Positions 1-7,544 of a stretch of DNA of 64,000 nucleotides are shown piece after piece. Numbering within the stretch: position 1 is the first letter of the stretch; each line of letters opens with the position of its first letter. The translations under genes were made by a program, and so were the position numbers. This DNA comes from a virus (Duplodnaviria > Caudoviricetes): IMG/VR virus record IMGVR_UViG_3300044728_000163, positions 1-64,000 of that record; one strand, given 5' to 3'. The notes under the pieces were generated by a model that did no database searches, had not been told where the DNA came from, and saw only the letters and a program-made list of their open reading frames with translations.

Positions 1-237
1 GTGTGGGGTCCGTTCATTACGTTTTCGTACCGGGGGGGTCTACAACCTGATAAAACGGCGGAAATCCGCCATTCTGGCCCTGTATAACGATTGAGACAGG
101 GTCAATGCCCATCCAGGGTTGTAGGAGGGGAGGGGGACCACACCCGCACCCGATGCCGCGGTTGTGTCGCCGGTGCGATCCACCCTCGAGCCGCGGTGAG
201 TCGCGCAATGGTAGCGCCAGGTGGCACCCTCGCAAGC

Positions 238-318
238 GAGGCCGGCACCAGGTTGTGAGGCCTCGACCCGCCACACCAGAGGCCAGCACCAGGTTGTGAG
301 GCCTCGACCCGCCACACC
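238..318. repeat. 40-bp direct repeat, two copies (238-277, 279-318), one mismatch
   Basis: GAGGCC(G/A)GCACCAGGTTGTGAGGCCTCGACCCGCCACACC read twice in tandem. Confidence 0.95.
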
Positions 319-450
319 CTCGACCCGCTGGCATGGCCTCCCCTGGCCTCCCCGCTGGCCGCTGGCATGGTGTCGACCCGCTGGCCTCCCCTCGACCCTC
401 GACCCGCTGGCATGGCCTCCCCGCTGGCCGCTGGCCTCGACCCGCTGGAC
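300..450. repeat. Modular low-complexity repeat cluster (CCTCGACCCG / CCGCTGG / CCTCCCC / CATGG modules)
   Basis: Short modules reshuffled many times; the same modules recur at 2357-2856. Confidence 0.9.
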
Positions 451-579
451 TCAACCTATTGAGGGGACTCCGTTAATTCGCACTGGCCTCGCGATTAATG
501 CCGACTCAATGCTTGCAATGTGACCCTGACAGGTTCACAAGGCACCCGCACCGCATGCCGCGGCCGCAGGGGACACCCG

Positions 580-741
580 ATGAATCTGGCCTCTATCGTT
601 TACCTGGTGCTTATCTGGCTGGTGTTTATCACAGGGTCATATCTGGCGATTTACACCATGCTACCGCATGACCCGCGCAAGACTCGCGCGGGTCGCGCGC
701 ACTACGCCAGAATCGCGCGGCATCGGCGCGCGACTCGCTAA
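580..741 (+). CDS. Small membrane protein (53 aa, N-terminal TM helix, basic tail)
   Basis: ATG 580 after AGGGGACACCCG; hydrophobic LASIVYLVLIWLVFITGSYLAIY then Arg-rich tail. Confidence 0.65.
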   Translation: MNLASIVYLVLIWLVFITGSYLAIYTMLPHDPRKTRAGRAHYARIARHRRATR

Positions 742-769
742 TCTCTCACTCTCTCAGGGGACACCCGCA

Positions 770-1762
770 ATGACTCAATATGACTTGTCACAGTACAGCG
801 TCGCTGAATTGCGCGCACTCATGGTCGACATGGTCGACCAAAACGACCGACTCCACGCGATTATGAAGTTGACGCGCAAGGACAAGGCGCAGCTTGCCAG
901 CAACGACTCGCTGATCAGCCAGGCCTCGGCGCTGCTTGCCACCATGGCACCAGAGGCACCCGCCAAGGCACCGCACAAGGCACCCGCCAAGGCCAAGGCG
1001 CGCAAGGCCAAGGCACCCGCGAGCTTTGTCTTCTACCGCGGTCCCAGTGCGCTAGATGGCGCGCCAATCGTCGCGATCGCGACCCTACGGAGTCGGAACG
1101 ATAAGACCAGCGACATGGTCCAAACCTGGATCATGCGCGACGATGTCGACCCGATTAACGCGGCGCGCACTGGCCGCGACTCCTCTATCTGTGGGGACTG
1201 TAAGCACCGCGGCAAATATGAGGGGATTGGCGCACTGGCGCTGCGCCTGGCCTCGACCCGTTCGTGTTACGTGCAATTGCAGAATGCGCCTCTGGCCGTA
1301 TGGAAGACTCGCAATAAGTACCGCGACCTGACAGGCCAGCTTGACGTTGCCGCGGAAGCTTGCGCGGGTCGCATGGTGCGCCTCGGGTCATATGGTGATC
1401 CTACCGCGGTCCCCTATGGCGTATGGGTCGCACTGCTAGCCCATTGCGCGGGTCATACAGGGTACACGCACCAGTGGCGCAGCTTCCCTGAATTCGCCGC
1501 CTGGTGCATGGCCTCATGCGACACCAGCGAGGAAAGAGTCCACGCCAAGGCGCTAGGATTCCGCACTTTCCGCGTAGCACCCGCGGAAGGGTGGACTCTA
1601 GAGGGTCGCGAGGCCTTGTGCCCGGCTTCCGCGGAAGCGGGAAAGAAGACCAATTGCCAGGCCTGTCACGCATGCGGAGGCACTCAATCGAAGGCACGGG
1701 TCGACATCATGATTCCCGCGCATGGTGGCGGTAAGGCCATCGTGACAGGAGTCGCGGCATGA
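770..1762 (+). CDS. Cys-rich phage protein, putative Fe-S / radical-SAM-like
   Basis: ATG 770 after GGGGACACCCG; motifs SICGDCKHR..SCYV, RLGSYGDP, TGYTHQW, CPAS..CQACHACGG; Ala/Lys-rich N-terminal linker. Confidence 0.6.
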   Translation: MTQYDLSQYSVAELRALMVDMVDQNDRLHAIMKLTRKDKAQLASNDSLISQASALLATMAPEAPAKAPHKAPAKAKARKAKAPASFVFYRGPSALDGAPIVAIATLRSRNDKTSDMVQTWIMRDDVDPINAARTGRDSSICGDCKHRGKYEGIGALALRLASTRSCYVQLQNAPLAVWKTRNKYRDLTGQLDVAAEACAGRMVRLGSYGDPTAVPYGVWVALLAHCAGHTGYTHQWRSFPEFAAWCMASCDTSEERVHAKALGFRTFRVAPAEGWTLEGREALCPASAEAGKKTNCQACHACGGTQSKARVDIMIPAHGGGKAIVTGVAA

Positions 1763-1920
1763 GTGCGACCCTACTGGTGCTAGGCCTTGGACTCTGTGGA
1801 GTCCACGCCGCGACAGATTGGCAATTGCCGCGGGTCAAGTTGACCCGCCGCGGAGGCCTCCGATTCCTGCGAATCGGCCGCTGGCAATTCAGCTTTTGTA
1901 AGTGCAAGGAGTCCATCTAA
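1759..1920 (+). CDS. Hypothetical protein (53 aa), absent from ORF track
   Basis: ATGA overlap with upstream stop and TAATG overlap with downstream start; MSATLLVLGLGLCG...GGLRFLRIGRWQFSFCKCKESI. Confidence 0.6.
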   Translation: MSATLLVLGLGLCGVHAATDWQLPRVKLTRRGGLRFLRIGRWQFSFCKCKESI

Positions 1921-2189
1921 TGGCGAATCTTCCCGCGATCGTTCGTGCGACCCGCGCCAGTGCCAAGGCCTTGGAGTCGATGTCGCGCCTGGCGCGCCTG
2001 GCGCATGACTCGACCCATGGAATCACCCTCAATCGGCGCGCCATGGCCGCGGGTCGCATGTCGAGGGTCGAGTCGGAGGCCTTAAACGCGACCCTGCGAA
2101 TCGTGCGCGACAAGGCGCGCAAGGACTGGCGCAAGGCCTACAAGCGACACCTGGCCGCGCAAGCTGTATTGGAGGCGAATCCTATCTAG
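1920..2189 (+). CDS. Hypothetical basic helical protein (89 aa)
   Basis: AAGGAG RBS at about 1906-1911; coupled to the previous stop. Confidence 0.7.
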   Translation: MANLPAIVRATRASAKALESMSRLARLAHDSTHGITLNRRAMAAGRMSRVESEALNATLRIVRDKARKDWRKAYKRHLAAQAVLEANPI

Positions 2190-2215
2190 CACCCTCGACC
2201 CTCGACCCGCGCGAC

Positions 2216-2347
2216 CCTCGACCCGCCTTGTGCGGGTCGAGGCGCGTACTGATCTAAACTCGACCCGCCTAGTGCGGGTCGAGGCGCGTACCGCACTCGA
2301 CAAGCTGGCCTCGACCCTCCCCGCTTTACGCGGGTCGAGGCGCGTAC
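2216..2347. repeat. Three tandem hairpin units (C)CTCGACCCGC-N5-GCGGGTCGAGG, each followed by CGCGTAC
   Basis: Perfect 11-bp and 10-bp inverted repeats at 2216-2242 and 2259-2283; interrupted third copy at 2309-2340. Confidence 0.9.
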
Positions 2348-2356
2348 TGTGACTCA

Positions 2357-2856
2357 TGGCAAGGCCTGGCCGCTGGCCTCCCCGCTGGCCTCGACCCTAC
2401 GCCAGGCCTTGCCATGGTTCACACCCGACACCCGACACCCGACTCGCCTGGCATGGCCTCGCATGGCCGCGCCTCGCATGGCCGCGCCTGGTGCCTCCCC
2501 TCCCCTCCCCGCTGGCCGCTGGCCTCGACCCGCTGGCATGATGTCGACCCGCTGGCCTCCCCTCGACCCGCTGGCCTCGACCCTCCCCGCTGGCCTCCCC
2601 GCTGGCCGCTGGCCTCGACAAGCTGGCCTCGACCCGACTCCGGCTTAAGCTGGCCTCGACAAGCTGGCCTCGACCCGCTGGCCGCTGGCCTCCCCTCGAC
2701 CCTCCCCGCTGGCCGCTGGCCTCGACCCGCTGGCCGCTGGTGTCGACCCTCGACCCGCTGGCCTGGCCTCGACCCGCTGGCCTGGCCTGGCCTCGCATGG
2801 CCTCCCCTCCCCTCGACCCTCGACCCTCCCCGCTGGCCTCCCCGCTGGCCTCGACT
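2357..2856. repeat. Large modular repeat cluster (CCTCGACCCG, CCGCTGG, CCTCCCC, CTCGCATGG)
   Basis: Same module set as 300-450; ORFs across it are low-complexity artefacts. Confidence 0.9.
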
Positions 2857-2898
2857 CCGCGGCCAGGTAGCAGAATCGATTCCTTTTCGCGCATGCCA

Positions 2899-3013
2899 GC
2901 GGGTCGAGTGCGACCCGATGCGGGGACACAATCGCGCACTATTGCCAGGTAGAGTCGCGACCCTCGACCACACCCGCGCCGCGGGTCGAGTGCGACCCGA
3001 TGCGGGGACACAA
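2899..3013. repeat. 33-bp perfect direct repeat (2899-2931, 2981-3013) with internal GGGTCG/CGACCC stem
   Basis: GCGGGTCGAGTGCGACCCGATGCGGGGACACAA occurs twice. Confidence 0.95.
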
Positions 3014-3136
3014 CCGGCCAGAATCGGCGATTCAACGGCTGATTGTCGTACGACATCGAAACGACACGCCATGCGTGCATGCCAATCGCGCAATGGTTGT
3101 AATGGGTCGACCCTAGGGTTTCCGCCGTTTTTGGCC

Positions 3137-3150
3137 TTGACGAACGTCAA
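3137..3150. promoter_or_regulatory. Palindrome TTGACG-AA-CGTCAA, possible operator overlapping a -35 box
   Basis: Perfect 6-bp inverted repeat of a sigma70-like -35 hexamer in an AT-richer intergenic stretch. Confidence 0.4.
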
Positions 3151-3266
3151 ATTTACCATCTCAATCCTGAGATTCGACCCCAATTTTCGGGCTACTTTTC
3201 TGAGACGACCCCCCGTTTTTCGGCCTTCCAGATAAAAGGCCGCTCCCCAGGATATCCCCCTCCCCT

Positions 3267-3334
3267 CGACCCCCCGTTCTTTGCACCTGATTCAAAAAAT
3301 CGACCCCCCTGCTTTGCACCTGATTCAAAAAAAT
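3267..3334. repeat. Tandem 34-bp repeat containing TTTGCACCTGA
   Basis: CGACCCCCC..CTTTGCACCTGATTCAAAAAA(A)T twice; related pair at 8171-8244. Confidence 0.9.
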
Positions 3335-3372
3335 GGCATACGCCGCCGGTCACCTCAGAGCGGGAAACCCCA

Positions 3373-3624
3373 ATGACTCCTGAACGCTTTCGCGAATGCA
3401 TGGACATTCTCAATCTCGGCAATCACCACCTCACGACCTGGCTCGATGTCGATGATCGGCGCGTGCGGCGATGGAAAGACGGAAAACGCGAAGTGCCGCC
3501 CGAGTTCGCCGAATGGCTGGAAGCGCTGATGACATTCTGGGAAACCCACCCGATGCCAGACGTGCGCGGCGTGCCACGCGATGAGGCCTACATCTACCCG
3601 ACGACGGCGGGACCGTTCAGGTGA
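3373..3624 (+). CDS. Small XRE-like HTH protein (paralog of 7805-8029)
   Basis: HHLTTWLDVDDRRVRRWKDGKREVP pattern; tail EWLEA..HPMPDVR shared with paralog. Confidence 0.7.
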   Translation: MTPERFRECMDILNLGNHHLTTWLDVDDRRVRRWKDGKREVPPEFAEWLEALMTFWETHPMPDVRGVPRDEAYIYPTTAGPFR

Positions 3625-4127
3625 TCGGCGAGCCGCTGTAGGCCCAGCACCACGATCGCGGTGCCACGCCGCCGGTCGACCCGGCATTGCTCGCAATATC
3701 CCCGCACGGTGCCGCCCAGGCACACCCACAGCACCGCGGGCCACGCCACGGCTCCCAACATGGCCTGAACCTCGCGCACGCGCCTGGCCGCGCGCATCTG
3801 GCCATCGTTGATCGGCTCCACGGGATAGCCCGACAGGCTGACCCTGGCGAAGTCGCCGCCGCCGGAGGACACCAGCCGCTCCAGATGCTCCCGCAGCGTC
3901 TGGGCGGCTTCCACCTCGCGCGGTCCCAGCGTCCCGGCACGGCGCAGCAGTTCGACGGAATCGACGCGATAGGCCCGCCGGAGCCGCCTGTTCGGATTAT
4001 CCGGATCGGCGGCGCGATCGTTGATCTCCACGTCGGGATCGCGCAGCACGTCACCGGTCCCGCCGCGCACCGGTCGCCGCCGCAGACCAGGCCCAAAGTC
4101 CACGCCACGGGACCGGCTCACCACCAT
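3594..4127 (-). CDS. DUF6456-like putative transcription regulator/antiterminator
   Basis: LGPREVEAAQTLR..VLWVCLGG..R.G.AIVVLGLQRLADHL resembles this alphaproteobacterial phage family (recalled). Confidence 0.55.
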   Translation of the reverse strand: MVVSRSRGVDFGPGLRRRPVRGGTGDVLRDPDVEINDRAADPDNPNRRLRRAYRVDSVELLRRAGTLGPREVEAAQTLREHLERLVSSGGGDFARVSLSGYPVEPINDGQMRAARRVREVQAMLGAVAWPAVLWVCLGGTVRGYCEQCRVDRRRGTAIVVLGLQRLADHLNGPAVVG

Positions 4128-4145
4128 GTCCCGATCCCCCTCGCT

Positions 4146-4352
4146 TCAGCGAGCGGTCCCCTTGACCCCCGCGGCCACACTGTTACCTGGCGAGAACGCG
4201 GCGCACCAGCATTCCAGGCACCATGCCCGGTCAGCCCGATCCGGTTCCTCAAACAAGGAAATGGCGCTGCCACCTTGGGAATACCCAGGTGACAACGCCA
4301 TGACATGATCAGAACCGCACGGGCATCTTAAGTCGGCCCATATCAGGATCAT
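4146..4352 (-). CDS. Small Zn-finger-like hypothetical protein
   Basis: CPCG and CLEC motifs; G-rich RBS. Confidence 0.5.
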   Translation of the reverse strand: MILIWADLRCPCGSDHVMALSPGYSQGGSAISLFEEPDRADRAWCLECWCAAFSPGNSVAAGVKGTAR

Positions 4353-4356
4353 CCCC

Positions 4357-4785
4357 CTACTCCCCGAAAAAACGGCCCCTGCAGATAGGACCGATCCCGA
4401 GTTCTACGCTCTCCTCATTGGTCAGCAACCGCGCGCAACACGAACACCGCTTCGTCGCCTTGCCGTAGGCCACCGCCCCTTCCAGCGGGTTCGACGCCAG
4501 CATCGCGATCGCCCGCGCCGCCTCCGCGTCGCACTCCCCAGCCGGGTAGAACCGGCCATACCTGATCTTGCCCAGCCAGGTGCGATTCCGCTTCACGTAG
4601 ATCGATCCGCCGTTCGCGCCCGCGGGCGGGGCCAGGTAGAACAGGAACGCGCCCAACCGGAGATTGGGCGAGGTGATCCCGTTCCGCTGGGCGTTCTGAA
4701 ACGCGTTCTTGATCTGCTGCGCGTCGGTGAGTTCAACCGGTGAAGCTGTCACTTCACCGGTCGAACGGGACGGGAACAGCCTCAC
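4357..4785 (-). CDS. DUF6011-type Zn-finger protein
   Basis: C-terminal CSCCARLLTNEESVELGIGPIC. Confidence 0.75.
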   Translation of the reverse strand: MRLFPSRSTGEVTASPVELTDAQQIKNAFQNAQRNGITSPNLRLGAFLFYLAPPAGANGGSIYVKRNRTWLGKIRYGRFYPAGECDAEAARAIAMLASNPLEGAVAYGKATKRCSCCARLLTNEESVELGIGPICRGRFFGE

Positions 4786-5006
4786 GACATGTCCCCCGTG
4801 TCCTCGATCCGCAGCCCCAGATACAGCGGCGAGCCGCCGCAGCCATCCTCTGGGGGAGAAACGATCCAGGCCGACAACCGGCCAAACGTATCGTCCTCGT
4901 ACGCGGACTCATCATGAGCCAGGTAGAAACGAACCTCGGTATCATCCGGAGCCTCGCCCAGGTTGGCGAGCAACGCGCGCAACCGTCCCAGTGTCGTATG
5001 CTTCAT
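4782..5006 (-). CDS. Hypothetical protein
   Basis: Coupled start/stop overlaps on both sides. Confidence 0.6.
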   Translation of the reverse strand: MKHTTLGRLRALLANLGEAPDDTEVRFYLAHDESAYEDDTFGRLSAWIVSPPEDGCGGSPLYLGLRIEDTGDMS

Positions 5007-5443
5007 TACACGGCCTCCTCGACCTGGCGGAACTCGTAACCCGACGCGTCACCGTCGTACCACTCGTCCGCGGCGTTCTGCATGATCCCGCGCCCGAACG
5101 CCTCGTCGTCGCACACGACCGTGCAGAGGTATTCCACGCTGCCATACAAAGGCCGCTCGCGATCATCGAAACCGAGCAACGCGACCGTCAGGTCGATGCG
5201 CGGCGCGATGTCCCGATCGAAGTCGACCGGGTTGTCGCTCCAGCGATCCACCAGCGCGGAACACGCGACCTGGTGGCAGTAGCCACCCGGCAGCATCTCG
5301 CACACCGCCAACGTGTCGATGTCGGCGGCGAGAACCAGTTCCGTCATCGCCTTGGTGTCGATCGGTGTCATCACCCTGCAGCGCGGCTCCAGGTCCGTCA
5401 GGTCGACACGAATGCCGTAAGTAAATGTCCAACGCGTAGCCAT
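5006..5443 (-). CDS. Hypothetical acidic protein (145 aa)
   Basis: ATG 5443 after GGGGGAACCCACC; the upstream ORF extension crosses a divergent promoter region. Confidence 0.7.
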   Translation of the reverse strand: MATRWTFTYGIRVDLTDLEPRCRVMTPIDTKAMTELVLAADIDTLAVCEMLPGGYCHQVACSALVDRWSDNPVDFDRDIAPRIDLTVALLGFDDRERPLYGSVEYLCTVVCDDEAFGRGIMQNAADEWYDGDASGYEFRQVEEAV

Positions 5444-5482
5444 GGTGGGTTCCCCCTGTGTGACGCCGCGAAAAGGCCGCGG

Positions 5483-5532
5483 CGAGGTGCATATACGCAC
5501 CTCGACAAACCTGATGCACGCAGCGTATACGC
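5483..5532. promoter_or_regulatory. Operator-like palindromes in a divergent promoter region
   Basis: CGAGGTGC-ATATAC-GCACCTCG (5483-5504) and GCGTATACGC (5523-5532) between divergent starts 5443 and 5656. Confidence 0.45.
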
Positions 5533-5655
5533 ATGGCTGGCATGTCGAAAGTGAATGCCACAGAGCCACATATTGGATTGCTATCTGACCCAACTGGGTT
5601 CACAAAGCAGCCGCACCGGCGATCGCCGGTGCAACCACCACTGGGGATACCCGCC

Positions 5656-5889
5656 ATGAACATGACGCCTACCGAGATGAAAGTTTTACTGGCCGCGAGT
5701 CGGTGCCACGCCGTCCCGGTCTACCGTGACGGGGAAAGCGCCCCCTACGGCTACGACCTGAAAGGCCCCCGCGGGAACAAGGAGTTCGCCGCGGTCGATC
5801 GGGACGGCAACGTCTCCGAGTTCAACATCAGGCTCTGGCTGGACTGCATCAACTACGGCGATCGCCGCGCCGCCCACCGCCACGGCTAA
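5656..5889 (+). CDS. Hypothetical protein (77 aa)
   Basis: ATG after GGGGATACCCG; phage-like codon usage. Confidence 0.7.
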   Translation: MNMTPTEMKVLLAASRCHAVPVYRDGESAPYGYDLKGPRGNKEFAAVDRDGNVSEFNIRLWLDCINYGDRRAAHRHG

Positions 5890-5897
5890 CCGAAACC

Positions 5898-5921
5898 GGC
5901 CCGCTCCACGGGGAGCGGGCC
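5898..5921 (+). other. Intergenic 10-bp perfect hairpin without U-tract
   Basis: GGCCCGCTCC-ACGG-GGAGCGGGCC. Confidence 0.6.
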
Positions 5922-5941
5922 ACCTCAGAGGGAAACCCGAC

Positions 5942-6286
5942 ATGCAACGCGTGACATGGACACCGAAAACCAACAGCCAGCGCTTCTCGCTCACCCAGTT
6001 CGGTCCCGAATGGCAGGTCAGCGACACGCTGTTTCACGAACGCCCCAGCGTCATCCGCGGCAACCGTTGCTGGTTCATCCACCCCGTGGGCAACCCCGGT
6101 GAGGCCCGTTGGGTGCCCGCCGATCAGGTGACCCTCCTGACGGCGAAGGAGCAAGCCCTGGAAGCCCTCCTGCCCGCGCTGCGGGCCTGGGTGAACCTGT
6201 TCGACACCAACCCCGCCACCTGGCCAGACGACGATCGCGACCTTCTCACCGCCGCCCACGTCGCCCTCAACCTCCCCACCGCCTGA
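5942..6286 (+). CDS. Hypothetical protein
   Basis: ATG after GAGGGAAACCCG; Trp-rich globular sequence. Confidence 0.75.
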   Translation: MQRVTWTPKTNSQRFSLTQFGPEWQVSDTLFHERPSVIRGNRCWFIHPVGNPGEARWVPADQVTLLTAKEQALEALLPALRAWVNLFDTNPATWPDDDRDLLTAAHVALNLPTA

Positions 6287-6334
6287 TCATGCCGCCTGGC
6301 GTGCCTGGGTCATCCAGGTCGCCATGCGAGATGG
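6287..6334 (+). ncRNA. Conserved intergenic RNA hairpin, copy A
   Basis: TCAT/ATGG, CGC/GCG, TGGCG/CGCCA and CCTGG/CCAGG stems; covaries with copy B. Confidence 0.6.
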
Positions 6335-6378
6335 TCCGCATTCCGCGCACGATCACACTCAGCAGGGACACCCGCACC

Positions 6379-6645
6379 ATGAAGAACAGCACCCCTCGTT
6401 TCATCGTCATGACCTCGTCGGCCAAGATGCCCGCGAGCGTCAAATCCCGCTACCGCAACGTCGCGGTGGTCGAGACGGACGGCGAAGCCGAGCCAAAGAT
6501 GATCAGCGGCCACGCCAAACATTGCGTGCGCGTCGTTCACCACTACGGCCCCCAGTTCGTCGGCAAGACCAGCCGCTGCGCCTACGACGTGACCCTGGAA
6601 GACGCCCAGGCCTACGCCAACCAACTCAACGCCGCGGAGGGCTGA
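6379..6645 (+). CDS. Hypothetical protein (88 aa)
   Basis: ATG 6379 after AGGGACACCCG. Confidence 0.75.
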   Translation: MKNSTPRFIVMTSSAKMPASVKSRYRNVAVVETDGEAEPKMISGHAKHCVRVVHHYGPQFVGKTSRCAYDVTLEDAQAYANQLNAAEG

Positions 6646-6648
6646 TCC

Positions 6649-6870
6649 ATGGCCACCTTCGAACATCCCGACGCCAGGGCGCTGCGCTGCATCAAGGCCT
6701 ACCTGGCCGCGAAGCCCACCAGCATCATGCGCCACACCGCCTACCGGGCGCTGCTACGCCACCTGAAGGCATCGTTTCTGCTGGACGGCTACGGCCCGGA
6801 GGAAATCCGCTGGATGGACCTCAACAGCCACGCCGACGCCTGGATCGACCGGGTGCGGCGCGAAGGCTGA
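6649..6870 (+). CDS. Hypothetical protein
   Basis: GGAGG RBS inside the upstream gene end. Confidence 0.75.
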   Translation: MATFEHPDARALRCIKAYLAAKPTSIMRHTAYRALLRHLKASFLLDGYGPEEIRWMDLNSHADAWIDRVRREG

Positions 6871-6905
6871 CCAACCTGACCCCTCGACCCACAAGGAATC
6901 TCATC

Positions 6906-7172
6906 ATGAACATCAACGACCTCAACGCACGCGAACAACTCGACGCCGCCGCCGCCTGGCTAGGCTATCAGGACGAAGACCTGTCGTTCGGCCTCAAGAC
7001 GCCAGAGGACGCGCTCAAGCTGTGGCGCGGCTGGATCGCCGATCCCGAACTGCCCGAGTTCTGCGACGAGGCAGAGGACAAGGAAGACCGCGCCGTCCTG
7101 CTTGCCCGCACCATCAAAATCCTGGGCTACAACCCCTGGAAACGCGCCGCCAACCTCGCGCTGGAGGACTGA
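6906..7172 (+). CDS. Hypothetical acidic protein (88 aa)
   Basis: AAGGA RBS, ATG 6906. Confidence 0.75.
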   Translation: MNINDLNAREQLDAAAAWLGYQDEDLSFGLKTPEDALKLWRGWIADPELPEFCDEAEDKEDRAVLLARTIKILGYNPWKRAANLALED

Positions 7173-7175
7173 TCC

Positions 7176-7451
7176 ATGGCCACGCTCGCCATCCCCACCA
7201 TCCACCTCAACGGCACCAGCGCGGACGACCTCATCGAAGGCCTGGTCAGGGCGCGCCACGCCCTGAACGAGGCCGTCAGCCTGCTGCAGGACGCCGCGCC
7301 CAATGGGCGGGACTATTACGTCCAGACCCCCTCCACCTTCAGCCTGGCCCAGGACCAGCACGCCAAACGCGTCAAATCCATCGTCGCGATCTATGACGAC
7401 CTGGGCGAGATCACCCAGGCGATCGACGCCCAGCGCCGCGCCAGACGCTGA
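7176..7451 (+). CDS. Conserved phage hypothetical protein
   Basis: PTIHLNGTS...PNGRDYY motif recognised from small phage proteins. Confidence 0.75.
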   Translation: MATLAIPTIHLNGTSADDLIEGLVRARHALNEAVSLLQDAAPNGRDYYVQTPSTFSLAQDQHAKRVKSIVAIYDDLGEITQAIDAQRRARR

Positions 7452-7499
7452 CCATGCCGCCGGGTGTGCCTGGAAAGTCCAGGGCACCCAGCGAGATGG
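7452..7499 (+). ncRNA. Conserved intergenic RNA hairpin, copy B
   Basis: CCAT/ATGG, CGC/GCG, GGGTG/CACCC and CCTGGA/TCCAGG stems. Confidence 0.6.
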
Positions 7500-7544
7500 C
7501 CAGGCAATCACGCCAGCGATCAAATCCCAGAAGGGGAACCCGTC

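Noticed and set aside
17-523. ORFs in the left repeat cluster
   Set aside because: Translations merely mirror the repeat modules; no RBS or coding signature
2349-3235. ORFs 2349-2648, 2397-3080, 2414-3235, 2419-3183
   Set aside because: Low-complexity products of the modular repeats, open in many frames
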